Positions 39,491-52,809 of a stretch of 64,000 nucleotides of DNA are shown one piece after another; position 1 is the stretch's first letter, and the number at the start of each line of letters is the position of its first letter. A program made the position numbers and the translations under genes. Below the pieces are notes generated by a model that had not been told where the DNA came from, did not search any database, and saw only the letters and a list, made by a program, of their open reading frames with translations. Source of the stretch: Macrostomum lignano (Eukaryota); NCBI GenBank assembly GCA_002269645.1, contig NIVC01000568.1:1-64000 (forward strand), read 5' to 3'.

Positions 39491-42400
39491 ACACCAAGTG
39501 AAACCATATCATAGGCATGTTTGTTCAGCAGGGGCTACTCTTTAATTTAAGGAATTTCAAGGGGTAGCATAAAATTAAGGAGGAAATCAAATGAAACTAA
39601 CATAAGCACCGAGGTAGAAAATTTCTTGCCCGCGATGTGACAGACTAAACGCAGTTTTTTACTGCAGGACCTGTTCTGAATAAGCAAACAAAACCCGGCG
39701 ATTCGGTAGTTTGAGATTTTTTAAGCTAGCTAGTTGAAAAAAACGAATCAAGTGAATGTTGGAACCCAAATGCAAGTTACCTATTCATACTAACGCTAAT
39801 TCTCTAACTAATGCCTGCATGATGACAGCAGCATTAACCAGTCACAATAAGTGATAGCGAATAATTTCCTACAAATTGCATTACATAATTGTTTCTAAAT
39901 GTTGTCTAACAATCCATTACACAGCAAGCCCTAATTAAGGGTCGGTAAGCCAGGAAAAAAGAAATAGACAACTTTGCTAGAAGCAATTCTTTCAAGGCTT
40001 TAAAATAAATCACGAACATAGAAGAGATGTGTAGCTGCTCAATCTGCTCGGGCCTGTGTTAGCGAGCTAAGAAAGCTTTATGCATTCCAAGCGGATTCTC
40101 TAAGAACGCACAGGGTTGCAACGCTTCAGAAAATCGTTGATAATCAGATCGAGAGGAATAATTAATAGTTCATTTTTACAAAACGTGCAAGATAAAGCTT
40201 AATAGGCAGTTTTGTTTAATACGTTACTTGTGTGAAGTATCGAATATTTATCTCTACCGACTGTGTCGCTGCCAACATGGACGGTTATTTGGCTTCTGTT
40301 GGGTATCAGTGAAGGACCCAGTAACTAACTTTGTTTGGGTTGACGAATTAATTTATTCTAGACCCAAATTATGATTTTACATGCCACCACAGAGACATAT
40401 ATTCGTTTATACACCCAGCTATGGTTTATTTGCTCCAAAAATGTATTCGAGAAATTCCAAGAAACAAAACTCGAATTTCTGTTGCAGAAACTACGAGCTA
40501 TATAGTTTTCCAGTCTAACCTTATCGTTTCGTTCAGGTACGCAGCGACGCAGAGTTTTTCCCCAAATAATTCACGTACGTCCCTCTTCAAACTCTTAATT
40601 CGTTGGGAATCTTCTTGAACAACCAAAATTTTCTCTGTGTGCCGCGCTGCATTTTGCTTGTTACTTGAAAGAACCGAGGGTGAATCGGACCGACCGACTG
40701 CAGAATGAAGTGCAGCAGACCCATGTACCGGACGCCAAGACAGGTACTTGGACAGGCTGGGCCCTGTGAGCTGCAGCTGTCGATTGGCTGTTCGCGATAC
40801 ACGAACTGGTGTTTGATCGGCCTCGGGGGGCTTATCGGGTGTATCTAAAATTATGAAAGAGTTGTGGATGTCGAATTACTGAATTGCTTTCGCTTGCAGA
40901 TGGCTCCAGTGCACTTTTCCGCTCTGTCGAGCTCAAAGAAACATGCTGTACGGGTCATTTCTAGTAGATTGAGTTTACTTAATACCAGTGGGCATTTGGC
41001 TACGATCAACACACTCACACAGGGTATACGGTGGCCCTGATTTTCTCGACTTCCTTATCATCTAACTAGAAGCTGTAAAGAACCGTTGATTAAAAAAGAG
41101 ATAAAAAGACCTCGATGAATTTACGGTGAAAGTACATTATTAGTTCTATAATAATTTCACTTTCGCGTGCATGGCTTCTTAGCTGTTACTCATAAAATTT
41201 AATTTCAACAATGGGATGTAGAAACGTGCATTAAGTTGCCATCTAAGTCTACGCAAAAATCTGGATATTAAGTTTGAATAGAATCGCCTTCAAAGACTAA
41301 ATTGAATGGGGAAATTTCTGAGCATGCTTTGGAATAGCTAATTGTAAAGAATCTGGTCATCAATTTTAATCATATGCACTCGGAGGCCTAGGCGGAATAG
41401 AAATCCGTGGATTTGCTTTTTGCACAAATTAGTATTCTATAGATGGACTTAGACAAGCAAATCGCGTTTACAAGTCTATTCCCAGGGAGACCAAACAGCG
41501 AGCAAGTTACTAACTAGGAATCATTCGCCAAGCAGAGCTAGTGGGCTTTGGACAGAAACTGCTGGCTCCCCTGTGACAGGCATCTGCGCAGCTGTCGCCC
41601 AATACAGCACCCAATTCTAATCATGCGCCGTCTATGACAGCCCAAACCTCAGGGCGCACGCGTATCGCCAGGGACCAGCTACTGGCAGCAAAGTTTGCAC
41701 ACAACTGCAAGGAGAGAAACCGGGGAGCAGGAAGAGAGATTAAGAGAGAGAGGCAGTGAGGATTAGATGGAATGAAAAGCGGAAGTTTCGAGGGAGAAAA
41801 AATCGATTGAAAAAGAGATGGGGAAGAGAGATGGTGATAAGGCCGGCTCATGTGAGTAGCAGAGTACACTTAGCATGGACGCTAAATGCGCCAGTTGCAT
41901 GTCAAATCTGGGACCCCCCAGGTCAGTATTGACCCCTCCGGAAAGAATCAGGCCAACCTTTTTAGCCTGCTTTTATCAATAAATGGCAGAAAGGCGTTTC
42001 TACGGACAGCCGTCATGAATTCATCTCGATAAGTACTCGCTCCTTGCTCCTTGCTGCTTACTCGGAATATGATCACTACAATACATATATAGCGCCGTTG
42101 CCTTGGGGATTATGGCAACTAAAGCGTCGAATGTAAAAATATAAGTTTTTGCGGCAAAATAATATATAATACTGCTGCAATAGTTACAGATCGTGAACGA
42201 GGGGAGGGACGATAGGAAACAAAAGCTGGATGCGAGCGGCAAAAGTGAAAGTCGAGATAAGTGCGTAAGAAAAATTGAGTACGTGTTGTGAGGATGGGGG
42301 AGAGCCGGAACAGAACAGGGGCGCCGAGTATTCTCAGGAGAATTCAGCTAGTGAGGGGGGGGCAGGCAGTCTCCTCGTATGCTCATTTTTTCTGACACTA

Positions 42401-43456
42401 TCGCACACGCACCCAGGTTATTTCAGCAAAGGTCTCTGCGCCCTCAGGGCCTGCCGGGGACCCAAAGTTTTAACCCCCCCCCTTCACCCTCACATATCTG
42501 AAGCTGCATGGACTTGTATTTATGCATGTGTTTATACGAAGTTTTGATGAAGTAAGGCTCATATTTAAAGAGGAAACTAGCCTTCACACTTAGCCGCGCC
42601 TCCCAGCGTGAGTGACTGAGTGAGCACCCCTCTGTTTGCACTTGGAGGCTGGGACTGTAGGCCTAGGCCACACTTCCTGCGCTGGAGCCGGTTTGGGACT
42701 TTGGTGCTCATTATTTTTACAGTGAATAGCTGGCACTTCCGGGATTGGCTGAATTTATAATGAAAGTTAGCCACCCAGTACATCCTGGTCCCTCACTGTA
42801 GCCAGCTCTCTGGCTCTGCTCCCTGGATGCGCTGGATGCAAAAGTTGGCGGTTGCTGGGCGTATTTATTTTTAGTATATCTATTCTTCCCCGCTCCCTGC
42901 CTCTCCCGGCTTCCCATTTCCCCACATTCTTCCTCCCGGCTTATTCTTAATTATTCAGCATCGCCCTTCATTCCACCAAATCATTAAAGCACAAGAATTC
43001 TTGAAGGGGAATACAAATGAGCACATTAGTTCGCATGCAAATGTGGATGAATGCACTTGAGTACAGTATACTATGTAGTCGAGTACCCGACATTGCCCGT
43101 ACTAAAAGTACAGGTATCTAGTTTGCGTTTACGGGATTTTTGCATCAATTCTGCCTGCTAGACCATAGGCTAAAGCGAGCCAACAATGAGCTTTCGATTG
43201 GGCTGTTTAATTTCGATGTCTAACTACAATACAGTCACAATAGTTATGCATGCTGCATCGTTTACTTTGTTCCATTTTGGCAAAAATGTACGTTATTATA
43301 AAGCTTAAAAACTATTAAAAACTTAACAACTTAAAATCATAACGAAAGATAGCAACTCACCTGTATGTATGTACAGTCCCCACGTACTGCAGGAAGAGCC
43401 GAGTAGGCGTGTGGAAGGGAAGAGGACAGGTTGGCGGAAGCTGCTTAAGCCAGAGG

Positions 43457-45079
43457 TCAGACGTCTGTCTCAAAGCATGCTGTTGTGTTGCCCCTGCTGG
43501 AAGAATTCTGTTGCGCCTGCAGCTTGCCTGCGTGGTTCTGTTTCGTGCTTTGATTACTCGCCTGCTGCTGCGGCTGATCCTGCATGAGGAAGTGTCCCTC
43601 CGTGGCCAGGTCCACCTCGGAGGCCTCCGACACTCGGCTGGCAGACACCAGCGAGTTCTTCTTACCGCCGTCTCTGTAGGAGGGGCAGGACTGCACGTGC
43701 ACGTAGGTCTGTTTGTCCTCCGACTCCGTCTCCCGGTGATAGAAGTAGTTGAAGTTGGACACGATGACGGGTACGGGCAGGGCAATCGTCAGGACGCCTG
43801 CGATGGCGCACAAGGAGCCTACTAGCTTGCCCCAGACGGTTACGGGGCGCATGTCGCCGTAGCCTACTGTCGTCATGGTTACTACTGCCCACCAGAATGC
43901 CGACGGGATGGAGTCAAAATGCGACTTCGTAGAGTCCGCTTCGGCGAAGTAGACGGCTGAGGAGAACAGAATCACGCTGATGAATAAGAAGAACACCAGG
44001 AGGCCCAGCTCTCGAACGGAAGCTTTAAGCGTCTGGCCGAGAATCTGCAGGCCTTTGAAGTGTCGGCTGAGCTTGAAGATGCGAAAAACGCGGACAAGCC
44101 GAATCACCCGGAGGATGGCCAGCGACATTGCTTGGTTACTGCGGCTGTCATCGGCAATCACCGTGCCCAGCGTGATGAAGTAGGGAATGATGGCTACGAT
44201 ATCGATGGAGTTCATTATGTTCTTAAAAAAGCCAAGTTTCTCCGGTGAGGACGCGAACCGAACCATCAGCTCGAAGGTGAACCATACTATGCAGATGGTC
44301 TCTATGATGAAGAAGGGCTCGCCAAACTGCGGTATGTCGTCCTCCTCGATTACCTGGCCATACGTGGTATTACCAAAACTACTGTTGACAACCTTGTAGC
44401 GTCGGAAGTGAGGCAGCGTTTCCACGCAGAAAATTACTATGCTGAGCAGGATGACGCACACTGAAATAATGGCAATAACACGGGCTGCCATGGAGCTCTC
44501 GGGGTATTCGAAAAGCAACCAAACCTTGCGTTGGAACTCGTTCTCGGGTAGTACCTTCACCTCCTCTTTAATAAAGCCTTCATCGTCGCGGTACTTTTCG
44601 ATGGCCTCTTCTCCAAGCTCGTAGAACCGAATCTCCTCCGAGAAAACGTCAATTGGAACGTTGACTGGCCTTCTTAGTCGCCCGCCGCTCTGATAAAAGT
44701 ACAGAATGGCGTCGAATGACGGCCGATTACGGTCGAAGAAGTATTCGTTGCGTAGAGGGTCGTAGTAACGATTGCGCTTCTGCGAGTTGCCCAGTAGAGT
44801 GTCCGGGAACTGATTGAGTGTCTTCAGCTGCGTTTCAAAGCGCAGCCCGCTGACATTGATGACCACACGCTCGCAGTCGTAGTCGAATGCCGAACGATTG
44901 TCCTCGCGGTCCAGCATCAGTTGTTGTTGATGCTGCTGGCTCGTGTCCTCCGTCATTTTTGGAAAAGACCTGGAATAGGGCACATGCAGGTGGGCTAGTT
45001 CGCTGACTCTGCCACGCTGGCCCATGTAGCTGCCGGGGCCACCGTTCCCCTGCTCGATGCCTGCCATGGCCACCTCCAT
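43457..45079 (-). CDS. Shaker/KCNA: Shaker-family voltage-gated K+ channel (Kv1), intronless core, 540 aa
   Basis: GCCGCCATGG start; T1 domain [16 protein letters not shown]; S4 [17 protein letters not shown]; pore TMTTVGYGD; PVPVIVSNF; C-terminal ETDV. Confidence 0.98.
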   Translation of the reverse strand: MEVAMAGIEQGNGGPGSYMGQRGRVSELAHLHVPYSRSFPKMTEDTSQQHQQQLMLDREDNRSAFDYDCERVVINVSGLRFETQLKTLNQFPDTLLGNSQKRNRYYDPLRNEYFFDRNRPSFDAILYFYQSGGRLRRPVNVPIDVFSEEIRFYELGEEAIEKYRDDEGFIKEEVKVLPENEFQRKVWLLFEYPESSMAARVIAIISVCVILLSIVIFCVETLPHFRRYKVVNSSFGNTTYGQVIEEDDIPQFGEPFFIIETICIVWFTFELMVRFASSPEKLGFFKNIMNSIDIVAIIPYFITLGTVIADDSRSNQAMSLAILRVIRLVRVFRIFKLSRHFKGLQILGQTLKASVRELGLLVFFLFISVILFSSAVYFAEADSTKSHFDSIPSAFWWAVVTMTTVGYGDMRPVTVWGKLVGSLCAIAGVLTIALPVPVIVSNFNYFYHRETESEDKQTYVHVQSCPSYRDGGKKNSLVSASRVSEASEVDLATEGHFLMQDQPQQQASNQSTKQNHAGKLQAQQNSSSRGNTTACFETDV

Positions 45080-46489
45080 GGCGGCGGGCCGGCTCACACA
45101 GAGAGTGGAGTGAACAAGTGAGGCAGGGAGAACAGGTCAGACAGGGAAGTCGCCCTGCATTAGACTCCCTCGGCCCCTTGAACCAAGGGAAGCTGGAAGG
45201 TATCTGAGGATTTCGTCTTGACTGTCGGGCGGCTCAGATTGAGAAGTCTCTTGTTCTGACAAAGACGGCTGGGGCAACAGCTGGCGAGGCCAGGCTATGA
45301 TAGCTGTCTCTCGTCTCCCTCTTTTTCCTGTCTCTATTTCGCAGAAATTCTTTATTACTTCATCCTCCCTCTCCTGCTCCCTCACTCTTGTACGAGGCTG
45401 GCTGGATTTGATGCACGGGACTGGGCGCAGGGGTGGGCGCGGTTTATGGCACTCGGATGGTTGCTGATGGCTGCTGCAGAGTGAGGGAGGGAAGCAGGGA
45501 GTGAGCGATGAGGGAATAGATCCTGAGGTGGAGCTTTTGTGGGATAAGACCTGTACAGTTAGGCGCAGCTCTGTGATGGCTTTGGGGAGGGAAAGCCAAA
45601 ATGAGAAGCGCGACTGTTTGATGAAGAGAAAGAAAGAGAGAGGAGCGAGAGAGGAAGAGGAACGGTGGCTAGGATAGGAATTTGTCAGAGCGAATTCTCA
45701 GGCCCATCAAACTACTGAGTTTGGATCTTCCAAACAACTGAGCATTTACGGGGGGAGCCCTAGCCAATGGTAGAGGACCCTTGCGCCCGTCGATTCAGTG
45801 CAGCCACCACCTATTCTTGCTCTCAACACCATCGCTCTCTCTGCATCGTCTCCCAATTCCTGTTTCAGATCCTTCCTGTCCAACCCGGGCTGCCCCCCTC
45901 CCCGAGACCGTGGCGAGAAAGTACATAGCTAATTCCTGAATTTGGCGCGTTAAAGAATCCAATGCAATCCAATGCACCCCCTCCATCCACATTCTCATAG
46001 GCAATCTCTCCCACTCTCCCTCTCTTTGGATGCAGTAAAGGCCGTGAGCGGGTGAAGGAGTCACTCTGGGATCACAATGGAATAGCTAGGGTAATGGGAT
46101 TGCTGCCTCCCTCCCTGCCTCCATTTCCCAACCTTTCCCATTCACTGGAACTGGGCGATGAGCCATGCTGCAGCGGTTGCATTTGGGGTAGCTACGAGCG
46201 TATGCGCAGGGGGCGGAGGTGGTGGGTTTAGACTGCAGCTGAAACACACTGCGTGAGTCAACAGGCTACATTCTAAAAGAGCTTGGCTCTGAATCCATTC
46301 TCATCCGCCAATATTTTTCATTTGTTCCTCTCTGCTCAGCAAACAACTCTAGGCACGGCTGCTCTCAAATATGTGTATAGTTGCTCCTGTCGTCTTGTTA
46401 AATGTACATCAAAACCTAGCACCAAATTTACAAAGCTGTATTGGCTAGAATTCCTATTCAAAGGCAGGATTATTATTTTAACAGTCACA

Positions 46490-47095
46490 GGTTGGGTCTA
46501 GAGGGGAAGTGTTGCAGGCTGGGTCTAGAAGGGAAGTGCCACAGTTTGGGTTTAGAAGGAAAGTGTCACAGGCTGGGTCTAGAAGGGAAGTGTCACAGGC
46601 TGGGTCTAGAGGGGAAGTGTCACAGGATGGGTCTAGAAGGGCAGTGTCACAGGCTGGGTCTAGAAGGGAAGTGTCACAGGATGGGTCTAGAAGAGCAGTG
46701 TCACAGGCTGGGTCTAGAAGGGAAGTGTCACAGGTTAGGTCTAGAAGGGAAGTGTCACAGGTTGGGTCTAGAAGGGAAGTGTCACAGGTTGGGTCTAGAA
46801 GGGAAGTGTCACAGGTTGGGTCTGGAAGGGAAGTGTCACAGGTTGGGTCTGGAAGGGAAGTGTCACAGGTTGGGTCTGGAAGGGAAGTGTCACAGGTTGG
46901 GTCTGGAAGGGAAGTGTCACAGGTTGGGTCTAGAGGGGAAGTGTCATAGGTGTGTCTAGAGGGGAAGTGTCACAGGCTGGATCTAGAGGGGAAGTGTTGC
47001 AGGTTGGGCCTAGAAAGAAAGGGTCACAGGATGGGTTTAGAAGGGAAGTGTCACAGGATGGGTCTAGAAGGGAAGTGTCACAGTTTGGGTCTAAG
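46490..47095. repeat. 27-bp minisatellite (gggtctagaagggaagtgtcacaggtt)
   Basis: Tandem array. Confidence 0.92.
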
Positions 47096-48283
47096 TGAGA
47101 GCTATCACTAATTGAGGATCATGCGCTGATGCTATCCAGGCAAACGGGAACAAAACTTGTTGCGCAACAATAGCACTTCCAACTGCTGAGCTCTGTACTT
47201 TAGTCTGTAGCCTATTTTTTGAAAAGAGTTCCCTTTAAACACTCGATGGTAGGTAGCCATAAAAATCTTTTTCAACGTCTTCGCGCGCACCGCGACGGAA
47301 GCAACTCACATTCCTTCAAGCATTGCCGATACAATCGTCGCAGCCATATCGATGAGCAGTTCGAATCGACTCTAAACATATGAGCTCTAACTTCCTTGAT
47401 GAGTAAAAGTTTATTTGCCGAGAACGCTGTCACGCTCCACTGGGTCGGTTGAATCGTGGAGCGGCAATGAAGCATAATTTAGCTACCCTGTCCATCTGGT
47501 ACAGATTTCTCCCAGCAAATCAGGCTGGTTTTCGCAGCATCTTCGCGCACCATCCTCGGGATCCAGCATTTTAGGCAAGGCCGAGGCGATTCCAACGCAC
47601 CGAGAAGGCATACAGGCTAAACACGCAGTTGATTCCTCACCTTAGAGTTCTTGCTCAGTGCGGCTGCATTATTCATGGCCTCTGCTTTGCTCAGGACCCG
47701 CCCATCTCCCTCCTCGCCCCCTCTCTTTCTCTCGTGGCCCGCAGTTTCTGTGCTCTTAACTCACACCCGGAATTGTTTTTAGACTCTGCGGTTGCATGTA
47801 TGGGGAAAAGCGAGGAAAGGAAGGCTGGGTGACACACAATTTCTGTGTAGCAGGCACCCAAATACGCGATGCAAATGCTGCTATGTGGTCATTAGAAAAA
47901 CTGTAACATTAGGAGCGCCTACCAATATCCCCTACAGTTGTATCTCCCTTACTGTATGACATTGTACAGTAGTTAGGAACCAGCCCACGCAAAGTGGTCC
48001 TATTTCGACAGCTGAAAGGGCTGATTGTACGAAGAGTGCCCATTGTGTGAAGATACATCAAGTATAAAGTAGACTTAAGAGAGGTAATCTGAGAAACAGG
48101 CGTCTATTTTTAACGGATATTGAAGAGCGATTAAGGTATCCAAACCAATGTCGGGTATAGTTTGGGTAGGAATCAAATGATGCTGTAAAATGTGACCATT
48201 GCTGCAATATGCGATCTATTATAGGAAATTAACTCAGTGCATGTGGAGCACAGACGCGGGGTCAGAAACCAGGCATCACTTAC

Positions 48284-48561
48284 TGCTCTCGGAGCAGCTG
48301 GTGCTGCCTCCGGACTTGTTGCAGTCTCTCACCAGAGGCCTCTGCGTTGTCCGGTAGCTCTTCAGCGTTGCCCAGCAGACCGCCGCAGGTGCGAGCTGGG
48401 GACCGTCTGAAATTAGGTGCCAGATGAAGATTTTGTTGCTGATGAAGCTGATGTTGCTGGTGCTGGCGCTGGTGCTCATGACGCCGAGGTCGATGAGTAC
48501 GGTATTGAGAGCTGTTGGCCGGATTAAGCCTAGGGCTGTAATAAACATCATGACTGTGCAT
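48284..48561 (-). CDS. Candidate alternative 5' coding exon of Kv1 (MHSHDVYYSPRL...QLLRE)
   Basis: gccATG start; H/Q-rich ORF; GTAAGT donor in phase 2. Confidence 0.45.
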
Positions 48562-49867
48562 GGCAGCCAGAGCTGTCAGGGAGTCATGGCATTTTGTATA
48601 TTGTTTCCGATCAACGAGTCGTGAGTGGGCAAGTAGTTCAAACTTAGGCCATTGGGAGTCGCTGTCGCTCTCTCTGTCTATCGATATGTTTGTCTAAGTT
48701 TTCTCGGCTTGTTACATTTTTCTTTCTGGCAGAAGAGGCGGTTTATAGTGAGGAGGTGGGAATGGAAATTATTGCTTACCCCTACCAGTGCGGGGGCCGC
48801 TCTCAGAGGGGAGCTTAGCGGCGCAGTTGGACTACCGGCACCTTGCCGATCCCCTCTGTGCAGAATATCCTCGCAAAGGCACACGTGTGCTCCTACATAT
48901 TCCCCACTTGCTGCATACAGCCACAGTCAGGGTGTGTTAGTTGAGAAAATTTTCGGGTGCGCAAGGGTCCCATTGTGCGCATTACATTGGCGCAATTGCA
49001 TTTACTGCGCGAATTATTTCACTCGGGCCAGTGAAGTCTGGGGCGCAGCTTGTACGAGCGAAGGAGGAAACCAGAAAATCAGCAAAGCCGCTGCGACACC
49101 CCGCGCTCTGCCAAGCCCGAAAGCTGCTCACCCACCCACTCACGGACGCGACTGTCGAGCCAGCCAGAAAGGGAATCAAGAGGGGAGAAGGCCATGCCGG
49201 GGAGTACGCGAAACTGTAGCAGCTACAGAGGGGTCAGAGAGCCAATGCTCAATACTTAATACTCGTAGAAGCGGCTTCCCCGGCACTGAAAGCAAAGCAA
49301 AGCGTTGTTGCAATCAGAACGGGGAATGTGTTTGACCCCGCCGCTTTTCCGGTGGGGTGGGGCAAGGGCTGCGGATTAATTCTCCACCACCGGGGCAGTT
49401 TGGCATGCGAGCTCATTTCTGACGACTTTAATTTCAATCTTCTTCAGCTCTTCTTGACTACAATCTACGCGAGTAGATTATGTGCCCGAGTATCAGCCAA
49501 CTCTAAGTATTTCTACATTTAATGATTCCATTGTAAACAACTCAAAGCGTAAACAAGGCTTTATAAACAATAGAACTGTCCTAGCAATGGAATCGCTCCA
49601 GCGCAGGATCAGTTGAAAATTTAATTTATTTTTCTCCTCTAAATTAAAAATTTGTTTATACCAGTATTGAAAATCACCAGTTATTCTACTCAGTAAGTAG
49701 GCCCTATGTGAATTTTTTTTTATCTTTCTACGAGCGTATCCAGCCTCAGAAGACAAATTGTATTTCAAAGTCCCCATAACTAAATCGTGTGTGATAGGAA
49801 TTGTAAAACTTGAAAGACTTCAAAGGATTGAAAAGTTTGTGTGGCAGACTATTATAACTGCCCTAAT

Positions 49868-50073
49868 GGCCAGATGTGCAACCGACAGCTCAGCCGCAGC
49901 TATTGCGCGGCGCATCTGAAGGCTGCGTACGGCTGTTCAGTCCAAGGACTGGGGGGTCGCCACACACACCATCAATTACCCCAGCTAATGCTGGCACCCA
50001 TTTTACAGCTGGTTGAACTGAAGCAATGCAGAGTTAAGTGTCTTGCTCAAGGACACAAATTATTCTAGTGGGA
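49868..50073 (-). mobile_element. Second, 5'-truncated copy of the CORE-type SINE
   Basis: About 200 nt nearly identical to 57425-57640, including CORE; ends before the B box. Confidence 0.8.
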
Positions 50074-50239
50074 TGTGATGTCTAGGGGCGATGTGATTGA
50101 GACGTCAAGTCATTGTTGTTTGAACTTGTGGGTTCAGTCGATTCAACTTCCTAGTTACATGTTAGTTAAAGTTTAGAAAAGATCTGCGGTCTGGCAAACT
50201 CTGACAGCCGAACGGGTAACAGATGCCCGGCTGTCCTAC

Positions 50240-50388
50240 CTGTCATCTGCAGCCGATTCAAACACCGTGTCTGAGCAGCTGGGCCGCGACTCGTGCCGGA
50301 CGAAGCGGTGATGCTCGGACTGCGACTGGCCGCCTCGGGAGGCTCCGCTCTCGTGCCTGCCACCCGAGATGAGGTGGTTAAGGTTCAT
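50240..50388 (-). CDS. Candidate alternative 5' coding exon of Kv1 (MNLNHLISGGRHESG...SAADD)
   Basis: gccATG start; ag/GTAGGA donor in phase 2. Confidence 0.4.
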
Positions 50389-52809
50389 GGCGAGTCTTTG
50401 GCTGTTGTTGTTGTTGTTTCTGCTGCTTCGGCTTCTGCTTGTTTTGCCTTGAACTCCCACATCTGGAGAGTGCTTTGAGCACTTTTAATTGCCGCTCAAT
50501 CGCTCATTAGCTTGCTGTGGTGTTCGTCTGACAGTCGGATCATTAAAGTGGCAATGATGTAGTACTGAGGCCTGAAACTTCCTTTAGCCCATGGCACTGC
50601 AAGCCGAGGCAAATGGCCGCACCGTCTTCCACTTTTTTACTCCCGTCAAACCGACTCTGACTTCTCTAGCAGCGCTGTATTCTTTCGTTTGCTCTCTTCG
50701 ATAGTTGTTGATTTTGAAAACACGGATCGACTTAAACAACCTCGCCTCGGGTCAGAGGGGCAGGGACGTTTGGCGAACGGTAAGGGTGAAGCGGGGGCGA
50801 GGGCCAACCAAACAAGCGTCGGGGGAGCAGAGTGATTAGGAGTCGGACGGCAGCGGCGGCTCGCGCAAAGAAAACGAGAAGGGAGGCTTCAACAGGACCT
50901 TGCACCGAGATGCCGCCTCAGCCTCGAATCGATTGTTATTGACAGCTATTAGTAGAGAGGCGAGAGAGAGTGTGTGTTTGTAAGATTTGCTCAGAGTCGC
51001 GGGCTGTAGCGTATAGTGCCGCGGGGTTTTGTAATGGGGTAGGTTACTGGTTCGGGCCCATCTGTGCAAAGGGGCTGGGGTTGGCTGACGGCTACCGCAG
51101 GGACGTAGGGGCAGAGTTTGGTTAAAAAACGGGAAGGAAGGGAGAGAAAGGCTGAGAAGGAAGCGCTATCCGAAGGAAATTATAGTGAGGGGAGGAGGGC
51201 TCGTGAAGTGTGTGTGCCCCAGCTAGCTTCTCTTCCGCCTGCGCACAGAGACAGAAAGAGAGAGTAAATAGCTTCATTGGGCTCCCCTTCCCTTTTCCCA
51301 GCGTATTTCTCCATGTGCTCAGCGCGTGGCTTAGTTGAGGCCGGGGGGCGTGTCTTACTCGTAGGAGAAGAAAGAAAAACCGAGACCCAGGAGCGACAGT
51401 GAACTTGGGAGTGCGCCTTCCCCCTGCCTCTCTCGTGTGTCTTTTTTCTCAAATATGCAAATCTAGATCAACTATAGCCTCCTGGAAGTCTTCCGCCTCC
51501 TTTCTGGCGCGGATCCTCCAGCAGGGGCCGCGAAGACTGTGAGGAAGAGAAATTGAGCAGGAAGGGGGGAACTGATACGGCCCTCGTCCCAAGTAAAATT
51601 CCGTTTCCACCCAACGCCTGCTGGCTGTATTGAGCCCGTTGGTTCCTCGAAGTCCTCAGAATCTTCGTCCCATTTTATAGCTGCCCCAATCCAATCAGGC
51701 GCTTGATCAGTTGGAAGGGGCGGCTCGGGGCTTCTCCGGGGTGGAAAGAAGAAAAATAGTAAGTCTGTGCATTCGAGAAGCAGACAAATTAAGCCTGAGG
51801 CGCCAAGACAAGCCTAGACTCAATCCCGGAGTTGCTCCGCTATACAAAGCCGATTTGATGGTGCTGTGATCGGTGGAGCGCGGCGCCGCTGTTGTGCCAG
51901 GCCAACAATGTATTACTAATGGCGAATTGAAGCTTATTATTGCTAAGCGACTGCCTGAAGCCGGTAGAAATAAGAAAAGTTATTCTGCTTTGATTATAAA
52001 TGGACGCAGATGAACGCCTTTCAGTTATCGATGGTTTTACTATGCCAACAGTCAATGTTTGCATTAAACTAGCTTATTGGTTTTCTTATGCAAGGCCGCG
52101 ACACGAGATTCACAAGACAACATCATATTTTGCTTTCACCCAATTTAACAAAAAAATTATCCAATTGGAATCATTTTTTGCCCAGCGAGTCCTAAGGTGG
52201 AAAATCTTTTCAATAAAAAGGCCACCCACAGATTTTTAAATAGCAGAGCAATGCGGAGGGCATGGCACAGAAGCTGGGCAGGCTAGTAAATAAAAGTGCA
52301 CCTATTTCGGCTTAGCCGGCAGGCGGTCAGTGTAAAAGATTGATTCTAAAAATAGCAGTCAACATCCTTCGATGTTTAGAGGTTTCTCCCCGGCTCTCTC
52401 ATGCCGATCTTAAGAGGGTTTTTCCCGATAGAAGGATTGCTGTCCAAATCTGATTAGATAAATTTAGCAGATTTTAGTCCGTGGCCCTACAGCTTACGCT
52501 TTGCACTGAGCCGCTGAGTTCGCTGCTCAAGATCTACTACTGAAAGTAATGCATATCAGAGAGAATATGATGAGAGAGAAGGGAGAAGAGAACCAGAATT
52601 CAATGCATTTGACCGAACTGGCTAGTGATTGACATAAACATCAATTGTTTGACTTGGACTCGCAGATTTTTAGATAAATCGATCAATCAGTCTGTAGATG
52701 TCGGCTATTCTAACAGAAAATCATTGAGCATGGCGGCAAGTCATCCAGTAGGCCAGAAACTCAAGTCATCAAACAAACCACTGTGTTCTCCAGTAGTCTA
52801 TCATGCCAT

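Noticed and set aside
43770-43810. A-to-I editing at the Kv1 S6 Ile (ATT, equivalent to the human Kv1.1 I400V site)
   Set aside because: The codon is present, but I could find no complementary sequence; this cannot be supported without RNA data.
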